From a virus (lineage: Duplodnaviria; Caudoviricetes): DNA of 34,837 nt. Position 1 is the stretch's first letter. Each line of letters begins with the position of its first letter. The position numbers were made by a program, and so were the translations under genes. The notes below the pieces were generated by a model, which did not search any database, was not told the DNA's origin, and saw only the letters and a list, made by a program, of their open reading frames with translations. Below, piece by piece: positions 10,883 to 17,919 of this stretch. The stretch is taken from the IMG/VR virus record IMGVR_UViG_3300023175_000120, positions 1 to 34,837 of that record. One strand, written 5' to 3'.

Positions 10883-12082
10883 ATGAGTACATTAAAAGTA
10901 GATACATTACAAAACGCAGTTGGTGAAAATTTTGTTTTTCAAAATAAAAATTTACTCATCAATGGTGGCATGAATATATGGCAAAGACGCACACAAAAAA
11001 CAAATATAGATTCTGGTGGTTATTACACAGTAGATAGAATTAATACTACTGGTAATCTTACTGGTGGTACTGGTGAGTTTACACAAGAACGATCAACTGA
11101 TGTTCCAACAGCACAGGGTTTCAATTATAGTTTAAAAATGGATTGCACTACTGCTGATACACTATCTACTACATCTGGTTTTATGACTGTTAGACAAAGA
11201 ATAGAAGGACAAAACCTCCAGCACTTACTCAAGGGCTCATCAAGTGCTAAAAAAGTCACATTGTCGTTTTGGGTAAAATCTTCTAAAACAGGAACACACA
11301 TTTGTCAATTATTTGATGAAGATAATACAAGGTCTATTTCAAAATCATATAGTGTAAGTTCTGCTGACACATGGGAAAAAAAGGAATTGACTTTTGATGG
11401 AGACACCACAGGAGCATTTGATAATGATGCTAACAGAAGCCTTCATGTTGTTTGGTGGTTAGCTGCAGGAACAGACTACACATCTGGAAGTCTTGGAACA
11501 TCTTGGGCAACTGGAGTAGATGGAAATGGACTTGCAAATTTTGTAGCAACTGGTCAAGTCAATCTTGCAGATTCAACAAGTAATGAATTTTATCTCACAG
11601 GCCTCCAATTGGAAACTGGAAGTGTTGCTACAGATTTCGAGTTTGAACCATTTGAAACTACACAGAGAAAATGTTTTAGATATGCTGAAAGACTTACTTC
11701 TCAAAATGAAAACCTATCTTTTTTTCTACGAAGAAACACAAGTGATAATATTTTTCAAGGTTGGTATAACTTTAAAGAACCAAAAAGAGGAGGTGCTTCT
11801 TTAGTTGTTCAAACTCAACCTGCACTTACTACAAATACTCCAACAGCAGATCAATTCAGAATGTTTAACTCGTCAGCTTGGTCTAATGTTACTAGTACTC
11901 AAAGTGTTTCAATCTCTGGTCAAAATACATCTGGTGGGCACAATCAAGCAGGAACATATACAACTTTAGACCAATCAAGAGGTATGACAATTATAATTAA
12001 TGGAATTACTAGTGGAACAACTGGACAATTAGCAAGTGCAGAATTTCAACACGCTGATTTGATTATAGATGCAGAATTATAA
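10883..12082 (+). CDS. Fibre/adhesin with carbohydrate-binding-like domain (paralog A)
   Basis: MSTLKVD start; NKNLLINGGMNIWQR...QRIEG.N...TLSFWVKS...TWEKK...TGLQLE.G..AT.FE; ends DAEL. Confidence 0.75.
   Translation: MSTLKVDTLQNAVGENFVFQNKNLLINGGMNIWQRRTQKTNIDSGGYYTVDRINTTGNLTGGTGEFTQERSTDVPTAQGFNYSLKMDCTTADTLSTTSGFMTVRQRIEGQNLQHLLKGSSSAKKVTLSFWVKSSKTGTHICQLFDEDNTRSISKSYSVSSADTWEKKELTFDGDTTGAFDNDANRSLHVVWWLAAGTDYTSGSLGTSWATGVDGNGLANFVATGQVNLADSTSNEFYLTGLQLETGSVATDFEFEPFETTQRKCFRYAERLTSQNENLSFFLRRNTSDNIFQGWYNFKEPKRGGASLVVQTQPALTTNTPTADQFRMFNSSAWSNVTSTQSVSISGQNTSGGHNQAGTYTTLDQSRGMTIIINGITSGTTGQLASAEFQHADLIIDAEL
10943..10987 (+). repeat. Dispersed 45-bp repeat (second copy 13261-13305, 43/45 identical)
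   Basis: aataaaaattta(c/a)tcatcaatggtgg(c/a)atgaatatatggcaaaga. Confidence 0.85.
11204..11251 (+). repeat. Dispersed 48-bp repeat (second copy 13510-13557, 46/48 identical)
   Basis: gaaggacaaaacctccagcacttact(c/t)aa(g/a)ggctcatcaagtgctaaa. Confidence 0.85.
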
Positions 12083-12097
12083 AAAAGGAACATAAAA

Positions 12098-12286
12098 ATG
12101 ATACAAAGTGTAAAACGACAAATTTTGCCAGGATTTACCGATTCTGATCCAACTACAACAATATACTATGTTTATTATACTGATGTATCATATGCAACTT
12201 GTACAGAGGGTGATAATAGATTTTGGGAAGAGGTTCAAGAATGGGTTTCTCAAGGAAATACAATAACAGAATTTGTAACGGAGTAA
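12098..12286 (+). CDS. Small chaperone-like partner of paralog A
   Basis: 62 aa, C-terminal DNRFWEEVQEWVSQGNTI similar to the 14224 product. Confidence 0.65.
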   Translation: MIQSVKRQILPGFTDSDPTTTIYYVYYTDVSYATCTEGDNRFWEEVQEWVSQGNTITEFVTE

Positions 12287-12289
12287 CAA

Positions 12290-12862
12290 ATGAGCAATGT
12301 GAAAATTGAAGGAAACGCTTCGGGCACAGGAACACTAACCATTCAAGCTCCAAATACCAGCACAGACCGAACATTGAATTTACCAGATAAAGCTGGTGCA
12401 ATAGCAGTTGGTGCTGGAACAATTGTTCAGGTGGTTCAAGGAACTACAAGTACAGAAGTTGTTGTTACTACGACTGATTATACAGATACAACTTTAAGTG
12501 CATCTATAACACCATCTTCATCTTCTAACAAAATATTGGTTCAAGTGCTTCAAGAGTTTGTTTCTTTAAGAGGTCAAGACGGTGTGGGTGTGGGTATAAG
12601 GTTATTAAGAGATAGCACAACAATTTGGACTCCAATAGAAAATAGTACAGGGCCTTATCTTTGGTATACTGATGACCAAGAATTAGATGGATATGCATCA
12701 ATAAATTTTTTAGATAGTCCGTCTACAACCTCAAATGTTACTTATAAAACACAAGGCAGACCATATAGAACTAATAATAATGGTTCAGCAACATTTCAAA
12801 ATGCTAATGGCGTAGTTGTTTCACCAGTTTCAACAATAATTTTAATGGAGGTTGTAGCATGA
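12290..12862 (+). CDS. Putative fibre tip protein
   Basis: N-terminus shared with 9869; C-terminal domain GTIVQVVQ...LSASITPSSSSNKILV...FLDSPSTTS.VTYK.Q...STIILMEV. Confidence 0.7.
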   Translation: MSNVKIEGNASGTGTLTIQAPNTSTDRTLNLPDKAGAIAVGAGTIVQVVQGTTSTEVVVTTTDYTDTTLSASITPSSSSNKILVQVLQEFVSLRGQDGVGVGIRLLRDSTTIWTPIENSTGPYLWYTDDQELDGYASINFLDSPSTTSNVTYKTQGRPYRTNNNGSATFQNANGVVVSPVSTIILMEVVA

Positions 12863-13152
12863 TTACAAAATCAGATGCAATACTTTCATTAAGACCAGAT
12901 TCAGAATGGACAATGACTGGTGATGTAATAAATTGGTTAGATTCAAATACAACTTGCCCAACAGAATCAGAGATACAAGCAGAAATAACTAGGTTACAAG
13001 CAGAGTATGATGCCAAAGCATATCAAAGAAGTCGTAGACCAGAGTATCCAAACATAGGCGACCAGTTAGATGATTTGTTTAAAGCTGGTGCGTTTTCTGA
13101 TGATATGAGCGCAAAGATTCAAGCAGTAAAAGATAAGTATCCAAAGGAATAA
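12859..13152 (+). CDS. Fibre-associated chaperone-like protein
   Basis: ATGA-coupled to 12290; AILSLRP..EW...PTESEIQAEI.RL...YQR.R..EYP.IGDQLD.L...IQAVKDKYPK. Confidence 0.7.
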   Translation: MITKSDAILSLRPDSEWTMTGDVINWLDSNTTCPTESEIQAEITRLQAEYDAKAYQRSRRPEYPNIGDQLDDLFKAGAFSDDMSAKIQAVKDKYPKE

Positions 13153-13155
13153 ATT

Positions 13156-14214
13156 ATGAGTTTTATAAAATCAGCTGGATTTAGAGGATTACAATCAGAT
13201 AGTGATGATATAAAGATAGATACATCTGGTAATGTTGCTATTATTAACAGTAATATTGTTAATAAAAATTTAATCATCAATGGTGGAATGAATATATGGC
13301 AAAGAAGCACCTCAGCTACAGCCTCATCTACTGGATATAAAACAGTTGACCGATTCCAATATTCACAAAATGGAAGTGGGGCTTACACCCAATCAAGATC
13401 AACTGATGTTCCATCAGGACAAGGTTTTGGATATAGTATGAAGATGGATGTTACGACTGCTTTAGCAAGTCCAGCTGCTGGTAATTACTCAATGTTTATG
13501 CAAAAAATGGAAGGACAAAACCTCCAGCACTTACTTAAAGGCTCATCAAGTGCTAAATCATTAACTCTTTCTTTTTGGGTTAAATCTAATAAAACTGGAA
13601 CTTATATTGCTCGTTTTTCTGATGAAGATAATTCAAGAACAATTTCTAAATCTTATACAGTCGATTCGGTTAATACATGGGAAAAAAAGACTATTACCTA
13701 TGCAGGAGACACCACAGGAGCATTAGATAATGATAATGCAGAAAGCTTAACTATTCAATTTTTTTTAAGTGCAGGAACAAGTTATACATCAGGAACTTTA
13801 GCAACTTCTTGGGAATCAACTACTAATGCTAATATAGCGCCTGGTATAACAAACTTACTTGATTCTACATCTAACGAATGGTACATTACAGGGATTCAGC
13901 TAGAGGTCGGAGAAAACGCTTCAGGATTCGAGTTCGAGCCATATCAGGTTACTGATTTAAGATGTCGTAGATATTATGATGTTAGAACAGGGGAGCATGA
14001 AGGTTGTAGAAATTATAATAATGGTGGATTGATTACTCATGTTTATTGTACTTGTGGAAGTTGGAGAACCTCACCAGGCACATCCTATTATAATACTTCA
14101 GGTGGTGGAACTTGGGTAACTTATCTTGGAAGCCCATACAGTTTTTTAGCAACCAATGGTGGGATAAATGTCTTGAAAAAGGCCAGTATTAAAATAGACG
14201 CAGAATTACCTTAA
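13156..14214 (+). CDS. Fibre/adhesin with carbohydrate-binding-like domain (paralog B)
   Basis: Core clearly homologous to 10883; different N-terminus and a shorter Cys/Tyr/Gly-rich C-terminus ending DAELP. Confidence 0.75.
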   Translation: MSFIKSAGFRGLQSDSDDIKIDTSGNVAIINSNIVNKNLIINGGMNIWQRSTSATASSTGYKTVDRFQYSQNGSGAYTQSRSTDVPSGQGFGYSMKMDVTTALASPAAGNYSMFMQKMEGQNLQHLLKGSSSAKSLTLSFWVKSNKTGTYIARFSDEDNSRTISKSYTVDSVNTWEKKTITYAGDTTGALDNDNAESLTIQFFLSAGTSYTSGTLATSWESTTNANIAPGITNLLDSTSNEWYITGIQLEVGENASGFEFEPYQVTDLRCRRYYDVRTGEHEGCRNYNNGGLITHVYCTCGSWRTSPGTSYYNTSGGGTWVTYLGSPYSFLATNGGINVLKKASIKIDAELP

Positions 14215-14223
14215 GGAAAAAAA

Positions 14224-14397
14224 ATGGAAATAAGTAACGCACAATATATGACATATAATAATGAAATTGCCTGTATTCATGCAACAATAGATGGTGAAGT
14301 TTGGAATGTTCCATTAGTAGAAGGTAATAGATTTTATGATGAGATTATGCGTCAAGTAGAAGCAGGTGAATTAACTATTGCACCTGCTGATGAATAA
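14224..14397 (+). CDS. Small chaperone-like partner of paralog B (57 aa, not in ORF track)
   Basis: MEISNAQYMTYNNEIACIHATIDGEVWNVPLVEGNRFYDEIMRQVEAGELTIAPADE; AAGGA upstream; motif shared with 12098. Confidence 0.8.
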   Translation: MEISNAQYMTYNNEIACIHATIDGEVWNVPLVEGNRFYDEIMRQVEAGELTIAPADE

Positions 14398-14404
14398 TAA
14401 CTTG

Positions 14405-14412
14405 TATAAATA
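14405..14412 (+). promoter_or_regulatory. T4-type late promoter
   Basis: Exact intergenic TATAAATA upstream of ATG 14439. Confidence 0.75.
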
Positions 14413-14438
14413 GTTTAAAAAATAAAAGAGAATAATTT

Positions 14439-15068
14439 ATGAGTATATTAACACAAATCGGAACAAGTGGAATTAAAGCTAATGCAATAACCACAGATAA
14501 AATTCTTGATGCAAATGTAACTACACCTAAAATTGCAGATGCAAATGTAACTACACCTAAAATTGCAGATGGTGATATTACATCTGCGAAACTAGAAGCA
14601 AATGCAGCCTTTATTCCAGGCATGATTCTCATGTGGTCTGGAACTATTTTAACAATTCCTACTGGTTGGGGTTTATGTGACGGCACTACATATGCAGGCC
14701 CACCTGATGTTATTTCACCAGACTTAAGAGATAGATTTATCATTGGTGCAAATCAAGATGATAGTAGTGTTGCAAAAACAAATATCACAGGAAGTCTTAC
14801 ACAAACAGGTGGTAGTAAAGATGCTATTCTTGTGTCGCATGGCCATGATATAAATTTGTTGCGATATGCAGGTAATACCCATTTTAACTATGGTCATTTT
14901 CCAACACACCCACTGCAACAAGGTGATTATCCTGTGTGGCAAACTACTGGTTATAGTACAAATGTAGGTGGTGGTGGAAAAGCAGTAAGAACCGCAGGTT
15001 CAAGTGGAACAAATAGAAATTTACCACCATATTATTCAATTGCATATATAATTAAAAAACCGATATAA
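14439..15068 (+). CDS. Short fibre protein with tail-collar-like domain
   Basis: 10-aa shaft repeats, then PGMILMWSG...IPTGW.LCDGT...PDLRDRFIIGA...TGGS....L.SH.H...NLPPYYSIAYIIK. Confidence 0.8.
   Translation: MSILTQIGTSGIKANAITTDKILDANVTTPKIADANVTTPKIADGDITSAKLEANAAFIPGMILMWSGTILTIPTGWGLCDGTTYAGPPDVISPDLRDRFIIGANQDDSSVAKTNITGSLTQTGGSKDAILVSHGHDINLLRYAGNTHFNYGHFPTHPLQQGDYPVWQTTGYSTNVGGGGKAVRTAGSSGTNRNLPPYYSIAYIIKKPI
14508..14571 (+). repeat. Perfect 30-bp in-frame tandem repeat (2.1 copies)
   Basis: gatgcaaatgtaactacacctaaaattgca x2 plus gatg; encodes DANVTTPKIA twice. Confidence 0.95.
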
Positions 15069-15117
15069 AATATAGTCACATGGTTTAATTAATACCAATC
15101 TTTTTTTATCATTCAGT

Positions 15118-15135
15118 TATAAATAATTATAAATA
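15118..15135 (+). promoter_or_regulatory. Two tandem T4-type late promoters
   Basis: TATAAATA at 15118-15125 and 15128-15135, then AGGAG at 15144-15148 and ATG 15159. Confidence 0.8.
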
Positions 15136-15158
15136 GATGATAAAGGAGATTGTATTTA

Positions 15159-15497
15159 ATGGCAACTGTTTCAAATATATTCATTGACCAAGGTGCAACA
15201 TTCACAACTACAGTAACTATTAATGATTCAACGGGCTCTGCTCTTGATCTAACTGGTTATACTGCACTTGCTCAAATTCGTAAAACTTATGCATCTACAA
15301 CATCTACAAGTTTTACATCTACCTTTGCGACTGATAGAACCACAGGTCAAATCACAATCTCATTAACAAATACACAAACAGCTAGTCTTGATTCAGGAAG
15401 ATATGTTTATGATGTTCTCATAACAGATAGTTCTGATGTAAAAACAAGAGTAGTTGAAGGTATTGCAACTGTCAATCCAAGCGTTTCTAGGAGTTAA
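15159..15497 (+). CDS. Conserved small beta-sandwich virion protein
   Basis: ATG 15159 fits the AGGAG spacing better than TTG 15150; NIFIDQGATF...LDLTGYTA.AQIRK...GRYVYDV...RVVEG...V.P.V. Confidence 0.75.
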   Translation: MATVSNIFIDQGATFTTTVTINDSTGSALDLTGYTALAQIRKTYASTTSTSFTSTFATDRTTGQITISLTNTQTASLDSGRYVYDVLITDSSDVKTRVVEGIATVNPSVSRS

Positions 15498-15503
15498 ACT
15501 ACT

Positions 15504-15791
15504 ATGGCAATAACAGCAACAGTTAACACAACAAGAACAGTCGTAGGTTCTGTATCACAAGGGAATCAACCACAAGTAACGAGAGTTACTGTTCCAGGCC
15601 CTAAAGGTGACACAGGCGCTCAAGCTACATCTGCAAGTCTTAACATAAATGATATCGGTAATGTTGATGCTTCAGGTCTAGCAGATGGTGCTTTGTTACA
15701 ATACAGTACCGCTTCAAGTAAATGGGTTGCAAGAAACGAATTAGATACAAGTGAGAATAATTCACTTCGTCTAAATGCAGGAAGTTTTTAA
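15504..15791 (+). CDS. Small fibre linker protein
   Basis: Short collagen-like PGPKGDTG, DIGNVD....DGALLQY....KW motif, ends LNAGSF. Confidence 0.65.
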   Translation: MAITATVNTTRTVVGSVSQGNQPQVTRVTVPGPKGDTGAQATSASLNINDIGNVDASGLADGALLQYSTASSKWVARNELDTSENNSLRLNAGSF

Positions 15792-15805
15792 AGGGAAAAT
15801 AAAAC

Positions 15806-17419
15806 ATGGCTACAATAATTCAAATAAAACGCTCTACTGGTACTACTGCACCAAATACATTAAGTGATGGTGAATTAGCATACACCCACGGTGCAGGTAC
15901 TCAAGCAGACAATGGTGACAGACTTTTTATTGGTGATGGTTCTAGTGTAAATGTAATTGGTGGTGAATATTTTGTAAACTTAATGGATCATGCTCATGGT
16001 ACATTAACTGCAAGTTCAGCACTTCTAGTTGATTCAAATAGTGCAATAGATGATTTCTATGTAGGAAATAATTCTACAACTGGTGGTAGTTTAAAACTTA
16101 ATGAAGGAACTACTAATGGTACAAACTATATTGCGCTTAAGTCACCAAATGCTCTATCTGCAAATACAACATACACATTGCCTGCAACACCAACTGCTGG
16201 AAATTACTTAACTACAAATAGTAGTGGTGATTTGAGTTGGGGTTCAATTACTTCTTCATTTGATATAGACGCTGATTCAGGAACAACAGATACATTTAAT
16301 ACTGGTGAAACTTTAACTTTCGCAGGTGGAACTGGTGTTGATACAACTGTTACTAATAATCAAATTTCTATCGCAATTGATAGTACAGTTGCAACATTGG
16401 ATGATACACAAACATTTACAAATAAAACTTTAACATCACCAGATATTAATACTGCAACAATCGAAGGTGGTACTATTGGTGATGCAACTCCTGTAACAGT
16501 TCTTAAAGTTGATAATATAAGTTTAGATGCAAATACAGTTTCTACAACTGATACAAATGGTGATTTAGTTTTATCACCAAACGGAACAGGAACAGTAACA
16601 GTTCCATCTGGTTATACATCAAGAGCTGGATTTGCAGACGAATCTTTAGTTCCAAAGTCTTATGTTGATGGTGTTGCAAACGGACTTGATGTAAAATCAT
16701 CTGTAACAGTTGCAACAACTGCTGATTTATCTGCAACTTACAATAATGGAAATGGAACTCTTACTGCTGGTAGTAACGGTGCAATATCTATTGACGGTGT
16801 TTCACTTTCTGCAAGCGATAGAGTTTTAGTTAAAGACCAATCATCTCAACCAGAAAATGGTATCTATACTGTAACAACAGTTGGTGATGTTTCAAACCCT
16901 TTTGTTCTTACAAGAGCTACTGATGCAGACACTAATACAGAATTAACTGCTGGTGCATTTACTTTTGTAGAAGAAGGAAGTACAAATTCAGATAACGGTT
17001 ATGTTCTTTCAACAGATGGTGCAATTACATTTGGAACAACAAACATTACTTGGGAACAATTCTCTGGTGCAGGTCAAATATCTGCTGGTGATGGTTTAAC
17101 AAAAACAGGAAATACAATTAATGCAGTTGGTACAGCAGATAAAATTACTGTTAGTGCAAATGCAATTACAATTGCATCAACTTATGTTGGTCAAACAAGT
17201 ATAACAACATTAGGAACAATTGCAACTGGTACTTGGAATGGTGATACTATTGCATATAATTATGGTGGTACTGGTCAAACATCTTATGCACAAGGTGACA
17301 TAGTTTATGCAAGTGCAGCTAATACTCTTGCAAAATTAGCACTTGGTGCAAATGGTAAAATTCTTCAATCAGACGGAACGGATATATTATATGGCGACAT
17401 AGATGGCGGCACATTTTAA
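15806..17419 (+). CDS. Tail-fibre shaft protein
   Basis: N-terminal IQIKRS...P..L.DGELAY; KSYVD...GLDVK.SV..ATTA...DRVLVKDQ....ENGIY.V...LTRATDAD domain; ends IDGGTF. Confidence 0.8.
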   Translation: MATIIQIKRSTGTTAPNTLSDGELAYTHGAGTQADNGDRLFIGDGSSVNVIGGEYFVNLMDHAHGTLTASSALLVDSNSAIDDFYVGNNSTTGGSLKLNEGTTNGTNYIALKSPNALSANTTYTLPATPTAGNYLTTNSSGDLSWGSITSSFDIDADSGTTDTFNTGETLTFAGGTGVDTTVTNNQISIAIDSTVATLDDTQTFTNKTLTSPDINTATIEGGTIGDATPVTVLKVDNISLDANTVSTTDTNGDLVLSPNGTGTVTVPSGYTSRAGFADESLVPKSYVDGVANGLDVKSSVTVATTADLSATYNNGNGTLTAGSNGAISIDGVSLSASDRVLVKDQSSQPENGIYTVTTVGDVSNPFVLTRATDADTNTELTAGAFTFVEEGSTNSDNGYVLSTDGAITFGTTNITWEQFSGAGQISAGDGLTKTGNTINAVGTADKITVSANAITIASTYVGQTSITTLGTIATGTWNGDTIAYNYGGTGQTSYAQGDIVYASAANTLAKLALGANGKILQSDGTDILYGDIDGGTF

Positions 17420-17447
17420 TTAAATTTAACATGGATAAATAATTATC

Positions 17448-17897
17448 ATGGCAACAGTAATAAAATTAAAAAGGTCTGAAACTGCGGCTGCAGTACCAAC
17501 AACGAGTGATTTAACTGTTGGTGAAGTTGCAGTCAATACTACTGATAAAAGAATGTATGTTCGCTCTTCTACTGGCGTTGTAGAAATTGCAAACGCAGCT
17601 TCTGGTGTATCTGAATTTATCTACACAGCAACATCATCACAAACAACTTTTACTGGTAATGATGATTCTTCAAATACTCTAAATTATCTTGCAGGACAAA
17701 TAATGGTTTTTCAGAATGGTATCTTATTGAAACCTACTGATGACTATACTGCAACAAACGGAACAGATGTAGTTTTACAAACTGGTGCAACAACAGACGA
17801 TATTATTCAAATTATCTCTTTAGCAAATGGTGATATTGAAGAATTCAATGAAACAAACGAAGAAACTATTATTGCATTTTCAACTGCTTTAGGATAA
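17448..17897 (+). CDS. Short fibre adaptor protein
   Basis: N-terminal IKLKRS...VP...DL..GEVAVNT.D resembles 15806; one beta module shared with 23527; ends IAFSTALG. Confidence 0.65.
   Translation: MATVIKLKRSETAAAVPTTSDLTVGEVAVNTTDKRMYVRSSTGVVEIANAASGVSEFIYTATSSQTTFTGNDDSSNTLNYLAGQIMVFQNGILLKPTDDYTATNGTDVVLQTGATTDDIIQIISLANGDIEEFNETNEETIIAFSTALG
17739..17765 (+). repeat. Dispersed 27-bp identical repeat (second copy 23857-23883)
   Basis: gatgactatactgcaacaaacggaaca (DDYTATNGT). Confidence 0.85.
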
Positions 17898-17919
17898 TTA
17901 TTATTAAGGTTTATACAAC

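Noticed and set aside
10883-14214. Diversity-generating retroelement (template/variable repeat) between the two paralogs
   Set aside because: No reverse transcriptase in the window; both copies are in-frame coding; shared blocks are short, lie in the conserved core rather than the variable 3' end, and mismatches are too few and not exclusively at A.
8552-15068. Invertible tail-fibre switch (Gin/Cin or shufflon type)
   Set aside because: All cassettes are on the same strand with their own starts; no invertase or inverted crossover sites seen.
15081-15107. Intrinsic terminator (tggt...acca then T7)
   Set aside because: The stem is only about 4 bp and AT-rich; the position is plausible but support is too weak.
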